A stretch of 64,000 nucleotides of DNA, taken from contig NC_043013.1 of NCBI RefSeq assembly GCF_006345805.1, positions 16,244,001-16,308,000 on the forward strand. Direction: 5' to 3'. Of this stretch, positions 48,478-60,855 are shown piece after piece. This stretch comes from Octopus sinensis (Eukaryota). The position numbers and the translations under genes were made by a program. The notes beneath the pieces were generated by a model. It saw nothing but the letters and a program-made list of their open reading frames with translations. It had not been told where the DNA came from and made no database searches. Position 1 is the stretch's first letter; every line of letters starts with the position of its first letter.

Positions 48478-48740
48478 AAACAATATTTTTTTTATAATTA
48501 TGAGTATAATTATAATTAGGGTTCAGCAAACTTTGCTTCGCCACATACCGAACTTTAGAAATAGCAGCCAAAGAACTTAGCTATTTCTTCTGAGTATATG
48601 TTGTCTGGGAGTTTCTTCTTATAGTAGAAGAAATAGCTAAGTTCTTTGACTGTTATTTCTAAAGTTTGGTATGTGGCGAAGTAAATTTTGTTGAACCCTA
48701 ATTATAATTATACTCATAATTATAAAAAAAAATATTGTTT
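48478..48740. mobile_element. Foldback/MITE, ~115-bp near-perfect inverted arms
   Basis: 48478-48591 is the reverse complement of 48626-48740 with few mismatches. Confidence 0.85.
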
Positions 48741-49099
48741 ATATATATATATGCCCGTTGGTAGTGAACAAATGAGAGGTCCTCGGTACAAACTCTAGAA
48801 AATAAAAGTATATTTAAGTCTATTCAGTGGCCTGCTTACGACGAACTATGGAGTTTCCATGATGTCGGATAAACTTAGGGAGTACGTAAAACAGGCTCGT
48901 GCATCGAACTAAATCATATACATATATATATACATTAACGAGAATAATTAACTTTAACAGATGCTATATGTAGATGAGTACGGGTTGGGATAGATGCCTG
49001 CCTCTCGTTCTCTCTGCATGTGCGTGTTCGCGTACATGTGTCAAGGAGAAGCGAGTCCAACTAAGGGAAATAACTGCGTCCCACAACGTGACTGAACTA

Positions 49100-49491
49100 T
49101 CACAAGTTTCTTTTCCCACGCACCACCATCGTTCTCTCTCTCCTTCTTTCTCTCTCTCTGCTGTAATCGTCAGTCAGCCGTATCTCAAGTGTTTGGTATC
49201 AACAACAATTACCACTGCCACAACCACCTTATACATATTATTCTCACTTTAACTACAGTACCACAGCTACTATTATTGTTATTATTACTACTACTACTAC
49301 TACTACTACCACTACTGCTAATTCTGGTGTTGTTGGGGGAAATCTTGCGACCAAGACACACCGTTTCATCCGCCTCCTCTTCTTCTTCCTTCCACTGTAA
49401 AGTCAGTCCCGATACATTCATCCATACAACAAAGAAAAACAGATTCCACTTCCTAGAAACGACACCTTAACCACACAGTCCACCCTTAATA
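49100..49491 (+). promoter_or_regulatory. Putative GPT core promoter and 5' UTR: CT-rich tract, Inr-like TCAGTC near 49168, (CTA)n/(TTA)n repeat
   Basis: Motifs visible and the segment downstream of the Inr is ATG-free. The same CT tract plus CAG could instead be a splice acceptor. Confidence 0.4.
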
Positions 49492-49728
49492 ATGCACTGT
49501 GTTAGGCAGAAATCGGTGAGTGTTTTATCTCGCCAGTGCTGTGGTGGATTTCATAATTTAATCCCGGGATTCATAGAGCCAGCCCCGAAATGGAACCTAC
49601 AACGTCAGCTTCGACGTACCAAAGTACTATCGGTGGCCAGCATGAATCCCCATGTAAAGGAAATGGAATACGCGGTTCGGGGACCAATTGTTATAAGGGC
49701 TGCGGAAATCGAAGCTGATTTAAACAAG
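49492..49728 (+). CDS. GPT2: Alanine aminotransferase, first coding exon with N-terminal presequence-like extension
   Basis: 79 codons ending KVLSVASMNPHVKEMEYAVRGPIVIRAAEIEADLNK, the ALT N-terminal motif (MNP.VK..EYAVRGPIV). Donor AAG|GTAGGT. No upstream ATG in 49170-49491. The next exon (ANIGD motif) was not found before 64000. Confidence 0.92.
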
Positions 49729-50341
49729 GTAGGTACTATCTATCTATGAGAGTATATATTTGTATACACATATACATACACATGCATACGTATGTGTGTG
49801 TGTGTACGTATGTATTATATGTATATGTGTGTGTGTGTTGATGTAGGGGTTGGAAAACCTGTGATTAGACATCTCATCAAGGACTCCCACGCCTGAGACT
49901 ACATTAATTAACCTATGACCATTTTTAAGACAGTGGAGTGAAAGTTAAAGGAAATTTGGCTGCTATATCTACCAGGTCGATATATTTGGGGCTGTAAATA
50001 TTAATACTTTAATGTACGAATATATTAGAATGTACTTATGGGTATATATCTATTATGTATGTACATATTTATGAACGTATATGTATGTATGAACTTATAT
50101 AAATTTTGTAACGTGTTGATGCAAATGAAATTATATTTTCATATATAACATAAACATGTACATCTTTTATTAGTAGATATATGTGTATATATGTAAATGT
50201 AGTTGTGTGTGTATGTATGTATGTATATATATATATATATATGTGTGTGTGTGCGTGTATGTATATAATATATCTGTATATATATCGTTTGTAGAAATGC
50301 ATAAACCCGGAGAAGCTCACCCTAAGATGTTGAGCAGTTAA

Positions 50342-50700
50342 TATTATAGTGGGGTAGGCCAGTTTATGGAGTTAACCAGGATTTCTCGCTCATAAGGGGT
50401 TTTACCTTACGGCGTATCTTCGGACCCCAATTCCTGCTAGCCTGAGACCTCTTTAAAATACGGAGGAGGAAAAGTTTCGTTTTTAAGGGTAAACCCCCTA
50501 GCTGATTATCTCCCTTTGCTAAAGTCAATCAATAATCCCCTAGGGTTTTACCCTTAAAAACGAAGTCTCCCCCCCCACCTCCATATATTAAAGAGGTGTC
50601 AGGCCATCAGTTTGCAGTCTGAAGATACGCCGTAAGGCTAAACCCCTTATGAGCAAGAAACCCAGGGTAACCACATAAACCGGTCTACCCCACTATAATA
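50342..50700. mobile_element. Foldback MITE, ~170-bp inverted arms
   Basis: tattatagtggggtag ... ctaccccactataata, with internal matches cttacggcgtatcttc / gaagatacgccgtaag and gtttttaagggtaaa / tttacccttaaaaac. Confidence 0.85.
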
Positions 50701-50914
50701 ATATATATATATATATATATTGAGAGAGAGAGAGAGAGATTAGTGGTTGTACTTAACTACTTTAACTGTTTTTTTTTTTTTGAAAGTTAGTCTTGCGATA
50801 TGCATCAAAACAGACAACTGGATTCTGGTGCAGCTCTCCAGCTTACAACCTTCAGTCAAGCCATCTAACCCATGCCAGCATGGAAAACAGATGTTAAATA
50901 ATGATGATTATATA

Positions 50915-50962
<48 letters not shown>

Positions 50963-51324
50963 TCATAAGTTTTTCATTGTTTCCAAAATCCATATAAGTT
51001 ATTCCAGAGGAATCTCTGTTTTTGTGTGTAGTTCACATTGATTTTTGCCAAACTATATGTGTGTGTATGAGAGTACAGGTGGCACATAAAAAGCACCATT
51101 TGAGCGTGGCTGTTGCCAGTACCGCCTGACTGGCCTTCGTGCCGGTAGCACGTAAAAGCACCCACTACACTCTCGGAGTGATTGGCGTTAGGAAGGGCAT
51201 CCAGCTGTAGAAACTCTGCCAGATCAGATTGGAGTCCGGTGCAGCCATCTGGTTCACCAGCCCTCAGTCAAATCATCCAACCCAGGCTAGCATGGAAAGC
51301 GGACGTTAAACGATGATGATGATG

Positions 51325-51369
<45 letters not shown>

Positions 51370-51409
51370 AATATATGTATAATGATTTTATATATATATA
51401 TATGTATAA

Positions 51410-51640
51410 TATTTTAGCTCTTAGATCTTCCAGTGGTGTCAGCACTACAGGCAATGAGACTTCTGCAAATATCCCAATTGCTCACCTTCCTTTTGGCTCG
51501 ACTTGGGCCAACCCCCATCACTAATGTGTCATCCCAGAACCTACTGCACCCTGTCTTGCTTGGTCTTCCCCTCAGCCTTTTCCCTCCTCCTGGGGTCCAC
51601 TCCATCACAATGGTAGTTTGTCTTTCTTGTTGCAATCAAA
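51410..51640 (-). mobile_element. RTE-like 3' fragment
   Basis: MEWTPGGGKRLRGRPSKT...W remnant. Confidence 0.6.
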
Positions 51641-53619
51641 GCAAGCAGCTGCAATCTTCTCATGCCCATGCTGTCTCTTCTCATCACCTCTTTGTTACTC
51701 ACACACAAAACAATTAACCTAGATGAGATACAGTTTGCTTCTGTGCCTGGAAGAAGCACTACTGATGCTATCTTCATAGTAAAGCAACTGCAGAGAAGCA
51801 TTTAGCCAAAAATAAAGATACCAGGCTATAGGAGAAGACACTTGCCCAAGGTGCCATGCATTGGAACTGAACCCAGAACCATGTGGTTGGTAAGAAAGCT
51901 ACTTACATGCATGTACACACATACACACACCCACACACACATATTTATTTCAAACTTTTAAAATATGAGTGCAATGAGTTATAGCATCATTCAATTTCTA
52001 CAAACATTGATTTATGCTTTAGTAATATTTTCCTTCTATATCTGTGTGTGTGTGTGTTTATATACACATACATGCTTGACCCATGCATACGCACTTGTTC
52101 AACCATTAGCAAACACTCACTAAATGAACCCAGTTTCCTTTCAGGATGTTGGCGAAAACAATAGTTCTCACCTCCCCACTTCTCAGCCACTAGTGTGGAA
52201 CTTATGAATGGAGCTCAATTTACACATCATGTGGAGTGTGTGTGTGTGTGTATAATCGTATGTTAGATATTTTTGTGAATGTATGTGTGTATACGTTAGA
52301 TTTGACCCTTCGTTTTACATAACGCCCAGTTTGTCCTCCTGTTCACCTTCTCACTTCTAGCCGTTGTCAATAACACCACTATTTCTTCCCTCCCACCAAC
52401 ACCACCATCATCAACATTGTAATCATTAGTTAATGCGTCTGTGTGCGTGTATGTATATATGTATGTATGTGTGTGTGTGTGCGTGCATAGTGAATAGTGG
52501 TTACGTTGCTATATATGTGTACAATAGCCTCTACCGTTGTGTGTGTACAGTAAGTGGTCTAATGCGTACGTGTTTACTGTTTCGACCTGCAACGTGTGTA
52601 AACAGTGTACGGTGCATTATAGCTGTATGTATTGAAATAGACTTATGTATAATTATGGATGTATGTATATTGTGTGTGTGTGTGTTATGTAAGTTTGTAA
52701 AGCGTGTTGGTGGTGCTAGCGGTGGTGGGTTGGGAATTAATGATTAATTAAACCGATAGATAGGACAAGGGAGGTGGGGTACTATTATCTCCCACCACCA
52801 CCTTCATCAACCACTGCACATATCTTTAATTTAGCAATTCAGCGTTACACACACACATACACACATTCTATATATTATTTACACGTGTAAACACAAAAAG
52901 TTCTTATAACTCCAGGTCAATCTTTAATATAGTAAACCTATAATCAAGAGCATTCCAGCCGTGACCATTCTGCCTTTTCCCCCGTATACAGAGAAGACAG
53001 AATGGCTCAATGTGTCGTTTATTTTCCTCAGATCGTAGGTTAATAATAATTTAAGGCAGATTTGGCTGCTGTCTCTACCAGCTCCAACGATCACACGTTT
53101 GGAATACTTCCCAAATCTTTTTGTTGTCTTGAAATCCGGAAGTAGGGTAACTGGTGGTTGGGTGTGGATAGGCTCAGCGGCAAATAGTGTGGTGTAAACC
53201 ACATGCGTGTCCCAGTTTCATCGGCATCTGCTCCATTCCCTCGCTTCTTTGCGATACCCTCTCTTTCTCTCTCTTTCTACCTCCCTCTTTCTCCCTTTCG
53301 CAGCCTCTCTCTACCACCCCATCTCTCTTATCTCTTTCATCCTCTCTCTCTTCCACCCACCTCTCTCTCTGTAACCAAGGAAGGCAAAGGGTCACTATTG
53401 GTACTCTCCTATTTACATAAACTATAGGCGTAGGAGTGGCTGTGTGGTATGTAGCTTGCTTACCAACCACATGGTTCCGGGTTCAGTCCCACTGCGTGGC
53501 ACCTTGGGCAAGTGTCTTCTACTATAGCCTCGGGCCGACCAAAACCTTGTGAGTGGATTTGGTAGACGGAAACTGAAAGAAGCCTGTCGTATATGCATAT
53601 ATTCTTTTTATTAACATAT

Positions 53620-53652
<33 letters not shown>

Positions 53653-55237
53653 GTATATATGTGTGTGTTTGTCTTCCCAACATCGCTTGACAACCGATGC
53701 TGGTGTGTTTACGTCCCCGTCACTTAGCGGTTTGGCAAGAAAGACCAATAGAATAAGTTCTGGAGTCGATTGTCTCGACTAAAGGCGGTGCTCCAGCATG
53801 GCCGCAGTCAAATGACTGAAACAAATAGAATAGAATACATACATACATACATACATACATACATACGTACGTACGTACGTACGCACGCACGTACGTACGT
53901 ACGTACGCACGCACGCAAAGTATGGCTGAACTTCGGCTCTTGGCGTGAGAATGCAAATTCTTAATTCATATGCTACAAACGATCACGATATCTAGAACTA
54001 AAAAGATCTGCAACATCTTCACAAAAAGCGGCCGTTTTTATATGTGAACTATAAAGCGTGTTAAAGATTTGTCAAGAAGGAATTGATTAATGACGTCATC
54101 GGACAATAAAACACTAGTTTCTACTTTGTTATACGTCATCAGTTACAGACAGAGCATAAATCACTCATTGCTCTGTAAGAACTATTGTTTCAGTACTCAA
54201 ATCACAGCAGCTGAAAGAAGCCCGTTGTATGTATGTATATAATATGTGCATGTGTGTGTGTATGTTTGTGTGTCTGTGTTTGTCCGCCCAACATCGCTTG
54301 ACAACCGAGGGCTCTTCGTTAACGCCCGACACCACTGGGAGGTGGCCCTCGAAGTCGCTGGAAATGGAGATCTCCAGGTCCAAATTCTTAAACAGCTGCT
54401 ACTGCGGCTGTTACTACTACTACTACTACTACCACCATCACCACTGCTAACATTTACAATGGTTAATGGTAACACTTGAGCCAAGATGTAAATAAATAAA
54501 ATAAAAAATGAAGAATTCATTGAAAGCACCGCTGTTTGTATTAGAGTCTGGTTATGTAATCTCATTGCTGATTAATTTACAAACGACCATGTTGTTGGTT
54601 TTGTGGGTTAATAATTTAATAATTTCAATGGAACCAATCATATGGCTTTAACAACAAAGACCAGAATTACTGATGTAATCTACTTTGGTTTTGTTCTTTA
54701 GTATCATTGCGTAGTTTCTAGCCATTATTTGGCACAGTTCTTGTATGGTTCCAGATTTCTTTGCTGTTGCTGTGATGATGATGTTGATGTTGAGCGAAGC
54801 GGTCTTCTGTAGTGAGAGAAGTCCGAAACGTGGTCCTTTGCTATTCGTAAGACCCGCAGAAGAGAAAGCAGGTCAACCCCCCGACACCGAGAACATCGAC
54901 CGATGGATGAATGCGCATCCAGGCTCAGCGGTTGCATAGGAAGTCGGGGACAAGAAACAGGAAGAAAGAGTGAGAGAAAGAGTACAATAGGGGTCGCCAC
55001 CACCCCCTGCCGGAGCCCCATGGAGCTTTAGGTGTTTTCACTCAATAAACACACACAAGCTGGGAATTGAATCCGCTGCCCTAATCATTGGGCCATTGCG
55101 CCTCCACTTGCTGTTGCTGTTTCTACTGTGCTAAGCCGTTCACTGACTTGTTCACTGTTATTATGAATAGCAATAACCAAGTCTTCACTGATTCAATGAA
55201 CTGCATTCACCAATTTTTCACTGTTTCAGTGAACTAC

Positions 55238-55650
55238 AATTAGGGATCTTTTCGGTTTGAACGGCAGTTTTTTCTAGCGGTGTCATATGAAATTGTCACC
55301 CATAATTATGACCCTAGTATCAATCTATTGCATTTCAATCTGTTTTAGGGTTAGGGTTAGGGGTGGGGGGAAGGGTATCTTTTTTTCTTCAGAAATGTAA
55401 ATAAACCCAATCTTAAACAAGGGACATATTCATACAGCACAGAATATTTTCACCTCAATAGATGTCATTGATTGGTTGAAATTGAAGAAAAAAAACAACA
55501 AATATCTTACAAACTATAGAATTTTCTCAATAAAGCCAAGAGAAAAAGATGTTTTATAAACACATTCTATCAGTATACGAAGTTTAAAAGTGTTTAGTTA
55601 CCTAGAAATTATGTTAAAAACTGCCGTTCAAAGCGAAAAGATCCACAATT
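55238..55650. mobile_element. MITE with ~30-bp TIRs and internal (TTAGGG)3
   Basis: ggatcttttcggtttgaacggcagttttt / aaaaactgccgttcaaagcgaaaagatcc. Confidence 0.75.
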
Positions 55651-55682
55651 AGTTTCAATAAATAAGTCACCAACTAACTATT

Positions 55683-55856
55683 CATTGTGTCTGGGGAGAG
55701 TCATTTTTTTTGTACCTTATTATGTAACAACACAAAAGGTTGCAAGACGCAAGGAAAATTTTAGGACAATAAAAATAAGAAAAACGCGGAAATTTTACCG
55801 GTGAGTGTGTTACATAATAAGGTACAAAAAGAAAATGATTCTCCCCAGACACAATA
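55683..55856. mobile_element. Small inverted-repeat element, ~50-bp arms; related sequence at ~62850-62960 minus
   Basis: ttgtgtctggggagagtcatttt...gtaccttattatgtaac / gttacataataaggtac...ctccccagacacaa. Confidence 0.7.
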
Positions 55857-56667
55857 GAATATGCTTCAACACAAACTCATATAAAGAATCTTGCAAATCA
55901 AATCCAAAAACGAAATACAACTATTCATTGTTTTTAGGAAAGGCATCCAGCCATAGAAACCATGGTAGCAGACAACAGAGCTTGACACAATTTTTCTGTT
56001 TTGACAGCTCTTTGTCAAACCGTCCAACTCATGCCAGCATGGAAAAGGGATGATAATCACACACACACAATCTTGGTTGTCGTTTATCAGTTACTGCACG
56101 TGCACATATCACAAATATACACATAGCTGTTATATGTATACGTATCTGTAGTTTTAAGCACCACCACCACTACCCTCACCACTTTGTTGAAACACATCTG
56201 AAGTTTTCGTTACAAAATGGTTAAAAATAACTTCACATTTCTTTCAACTCGCCAAACATTCACCTTTTTACCAAACTTCAAAGTCAACTTGCTAAAGAAT
56301 CTGTATTTTGTCTGTCTACCTGTCTGTCTACCTGTCTGTCTACCTGTCTACCTGTCTGCCTGTCTGTTTTCTTCTTACACATATCAATCCATCTGCCTTA
56401 GTTTCTCCTTATGTCTACCTTTCTATTTATTTACCTGTCTGTCTTCCTGTCTTATTATCTCTCTCTGTTTACCTCTCTCTCTTTGTTTTCTGTCTCTCTA
56501 TCTTTCTCTCTGTTTACCTCTCTCTCTTTGTTTTCTGTCTCTCTATCTTTTTCTCTGACTATCTCTCTATCTGTGCATCTGTCTACCTCAATCAATCTCT
56601 CTGTCCTTTCTTACTCTTTCTCTCTCTGTCTGTTCTTCTCAGTTGATATTTTCTAGTTAAAATACAC

Positions 56668-56704
<37 letters not shown>

Positions 56705-57612
56705 TCCGTTGTTAGCACATACCATTATCTTTGTCAACACCCTACTTTCAGCAGCATCGGCAGAAGCTTCATAACTGTCATTGTAACTGACATTATTGAC
56801 ATTATTATCATTATCATCATTATCATCATCATAACCATCATCATATTCAGCTCTCTCTGCTAACAAATGTCAAACTTCATGTCAGTGTGTGTGTGTGTGT
56901 GTGTGTATGTGTGTGAGTGCATATGCATACTAATGTATTTGCATTTACATATCATCATCTTCATGATTTAAAACCCAAGCTTCCATGTTTAACCTTAGCT
57001 TTCATATTCTTCCTTTCCACAACTGGATTCCTTCTTGGAGTCCTTTTAACCTGAAATCTGAAGATCAACCTATGTTGAGAGGAGTTCATACTTCTGGGAA
57101 GGTCTTTGCATTTAGGAGCAACTATCTATCCTACTTTCTGTTGAGAATATAGTCATTCTGGCTTGTGTGGCCACCAGATTGATAGGTGATCATGTGTGTG
57201 TGTGTGTGTTTGTCACCCATCATCATGTTTATTTGTTTACATCCTCATAACTTAGCAGTTCAGCAAGAGAGACTGATAGAAGAGATACCAAATTGCAAAA
57301 GAAATGATAAGTACTGGGGTTGAATTGTTTGACTAAACCCTTCAACGCAGTGCTCTAGCATGGCCACAGTCCAGTGACTGAAAACAGGTCAAAGATAAAC
57401 TCTCGATCCATTTGAAAAATTAACGAAATCCCATATAAACCAGGTATTTCTCATTATAAGTAAGATCAGAAATTGGTTAGTTGACAATAACCTTTCTCTC
57501 TTTCCATTGTCAGCAAAATGTTTTTAACCCTTCTTAGAAATTTGTATTTATTTATGGCTAAATATTGATAATACTATTATTGTAGAAAATAATTATCAGG
57601 TTTATTTATAAA

Positions 57613-58001
57613 CTAGCAGTATCGCCCGGCATTGCTCGGGTTTGTTTCGAACTTGTAGAATTGGGATTTTTGAATAGTAAAAATTTTGCATTATGTAGCT
57701 TGTTATTCTCTTTAAGTGAACATTTTTCTGGTTGAGATACACCAAAAAATGGCAACACAGCAGTCAAAAAATAGTAAAAAATAGGGATTTTCATAGAAAA
57801 AAAAGCACCTTTTTGATGTAAATAATTTTTGGTGTTAACATGGTCCGATTTAAATTTTATCTTCTAAGGATTGAAGAGCAAGCCTTCTGTCATACTCTCA
57901 ATTTTGGTCAACTTGCACCGCAGGGTCTCGGAGGAGATTAGTATTAGTTGAAGGCTACCAAACCTGCCATACAGAGACAACTTCAGCTTTGTATATATAG
58001 A
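57613..58001 (-). mobile_element. Non-autonomous Helitron
   Basis: On minus: starts TC, ends with GC hairpin cccgagcaatgccggg followed by CTAG, inserted between A (58002) and T (57612). Confidence 0.8.
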
Positions 58002-58689
58002 TGTCTATCCACCTTTACCTAGTTCACTCTGCTCTGCCTCTTCTACCTGGTTCCCTTTCCCCTCTTCAATCAACCAGCTTTTATTATCATACTTTTTCAA
58101 ATTGTGCCCTGTCTCCAGTCTTGTCTTGTCATTGCTTGCTCTGCTCTTCACCCTGCAATGTTGTTCTTTGGACACTGAAGATTTGGCATGGTTGACTGGA
58201 CATTCAGCCTCTTATGGCAACAATATGTTTTGACACTGAAGGAAAATACACACTCATGCATTTGCAGAAATATACACATGCAGATAAGATAGCAATATGG
58301 GATAGAAGCCAACCTCATTAGTGCTGGCACCACCAATACAAAACACCGAGTATACTCTATAAAGTGATTACTAAGTGAGCAAATATATTGCCAATTGCAC
58401 CAAAGTAACCTTTGAAAATATTCTTAAACCCTTTGGTACTAACCTGCCTAAGACAACCCCCGGTTCTATGACAAAACTTTCTGCTCTAAAGTGATCTGAA
58501 TTAAAACCTTCCTTTAAAATTCCATGTTAATTTAGGTTATAAAAACACAAGCCTACTTGCTTATGAACCACATGGTTCCAGGTTCAGTCCCACTGCGTGG
58601 CACCTTGGACAAGTGTTGTCTGCTATAGCCTCGGGCCGACCAAAGCCTTGTGAGTGGATTTGGTACACAGAAACTGAAAGAAGCCCGTC

Positions 58690-58747
<58 letters not shown>

Positions 58748-60141
58748 GTTTGTCCCCCCAGCATTGCTTGACAACCGATGCTGGTGTGTTTACGTCCCCC
58801 ATAACTTAGCAGTTCAGCAAAAGAGACCAATAGAATAAGTACTAGGCTTACAAAGAATAAGTCCTGGGGTCGATTTGCTCGACTAAAAGGCAGTGTGTTT
58901 CAATATAAGTATAGTAAATTAAAGGTTAACAACGAACAAGCTCTTTTTTCAAAATTCTTCATTATTTTAAAAATCAATTGAAACAAAGGCAGCATATTTC
59001 AAAAGAGACAGAGTGTCAAAAATGTTAATGGTGTGCTACAAATTGCACCAAAGTAACGTTTGGGAATATTCTTAAGAAATTCAAATTCTTAAAGCTGTAA
59101 GCTTGCATAGATTGGTCATTCATAACTGACTTGATCTTAACATTTTCTAAATGAGGAAACACTTTGATGAGGTGTATTTATTTAATGGCAATCAAGAAAT
59201 CAGAATGGCATTTATTAAGGTAAAAAAAAAACATTAGTGTGGGTACTATTACCATGTAAAAAGCACTGGTGTTGGTTCCACATAAAAACCAAACTGGAAG
59301 GCGGCGAGCTGGCAGAAATGTTAGCATGCCAAGCAATATGCTTAGCAGTATTTTGTCCGTCTTTACATTCTGAGTTCTAATTCTACCAAGGTTGACTTTG
59401 CCTTTCATCCTTTCAGGGTCGATAAATTAAGTAAGTACCAGTTACGTACTGGTGTAATCGACTTAATCCCTTTGTCTGTCCTTGTTTGTCCTCTCTGTGT
59501 TTAGCCCCTTGTGGGTAGTAAAGAAATAGGTATTTTGTCTGTCTTTACGTTCTGAGTTTTAATTCCACCGAGGTTGACTTTGCCTTTCATCCTTTTGGGG
59601 TCGAAGAAATAAGTACCAGTTGCATACTGGGGTCGATGTAATTGACTGGCCCCCTCCCCAGAAATTTCGGGCATTGTGCCTAGAGTAGAAAAGAATAAAA
59701 ACCAAACTGCCATATAAAACGCACCTAGTATACTTTGTGAAGTAGTTGGAGTTAGGAAGGGCATCAGGCTGTAGAAGGCAAAGCCAAGACAGACCATGGA
59801 ACCTGGCCTTACCGGTTCCTACCAAGCTGTCCAACCCATGCTAGCATGGAAGGACATTAAATGTTATTGTTGATTATGATGATGTCTGTACATATCATGT
59901 GTCAATAAAATATTTGAACATTCATTAACGGAGTACATGGCTCCTTGAGCTGTGATAGCGGTAGCTGAATTTTGTCAGAAGGTAAAAATAGACAGAAGAA
60001 TAGATGAATTCCTGTGTTAGCTGATTCTTTAAGAATATTGAGCAGATGAAGAATGTAACAAATAATCACAGCCTGAATTCTATCTGTCCTTCAGAGAACT
60101 AGATGATGTGGATAATAGAGAGTGAGAAAGTGCATGTGCGT

Positions 60142-60174
<33 letters not shown>

Positions 60175-60254
60175 AGAGAGAGAGAGAGAGAGAGAGGGAG
60201 AGGCAACAGACAAAGGAAGGAATATAGGAACTGGCATTCCTGCAGCTGCTGTTG

Positions 60255-60855
60255 TCAACATCATCATCATCATCATTTAATGTCTGCTTTCCATGCTGGT
60301 ATGGGTTGGATGGCTTGAGTGAGGACTGCAAGCCTGGAGGCTGCACCAGGCTCCAATCTGATCTGGCAAGGTTTCTACAGCTGGATGCCCTTCCTAATGC
60401 CAACCACTCCAAGAGTGTAATGGGTGCTTTTTATGTGCCACTGGCATGGAGGCTAATCAAGCAGCACTGGCATCAACCATTCTTGAAAGCTACTTTTTAT
60501 GTGCCACCGGCACAGAAGCCAGTCAGGCGGCACTGGCCATGGCTACAGTCTCACTTAGCTTGCTGGGTCTTCGCAAGCACTGCATATCTCCAAAGGTCTC
60601 TCAGTCACTTGTCATTGCCTCTGTGAGGCCCAACATTCAAAGGTCATGCTTCATCACCACATCCCAGGTTTTCTGGGTCTACCTCTTCCACAGGTTTCCT
60701 CAACTGCTAGGGTGTGACACTTCTTCACACAGCTGTCCTCATCCATATGTAACACATGACCATACCAGTGCAGTTGTCTCTCTTGCACACCATATATGAT
60801 GCTTCTTATGTCCAACTTTTCTCTTAGGGCACTTACATTCTGTCGTATATGCACA
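60255..60855 (-). mobile_element. 5'-truncated RTE LINE: RT C-terminus, 3' UTR, (GAT)n tail
   Basis: RQLHWYGHV...CGRGRPRK runs directly into the abundant ccatgctagcatgg-type repeat. Confidence 0.85.

Noticed and set aside
50117-50125. ATF4/CARE-like TGATGCAAA in GPT intron 1
   Set aside because: Single short motif in very AT-rich low-complexity sequence; expected by chance.
54745-54939. 64-aa ORF resembling a neuropeptide precursor (hydrophobic N-terminus, KR site)
   Set aside because: It is the antisense of a family-C SINE body, and the hydrophobic stretch comes from the (CAT/CAA)-type tail.
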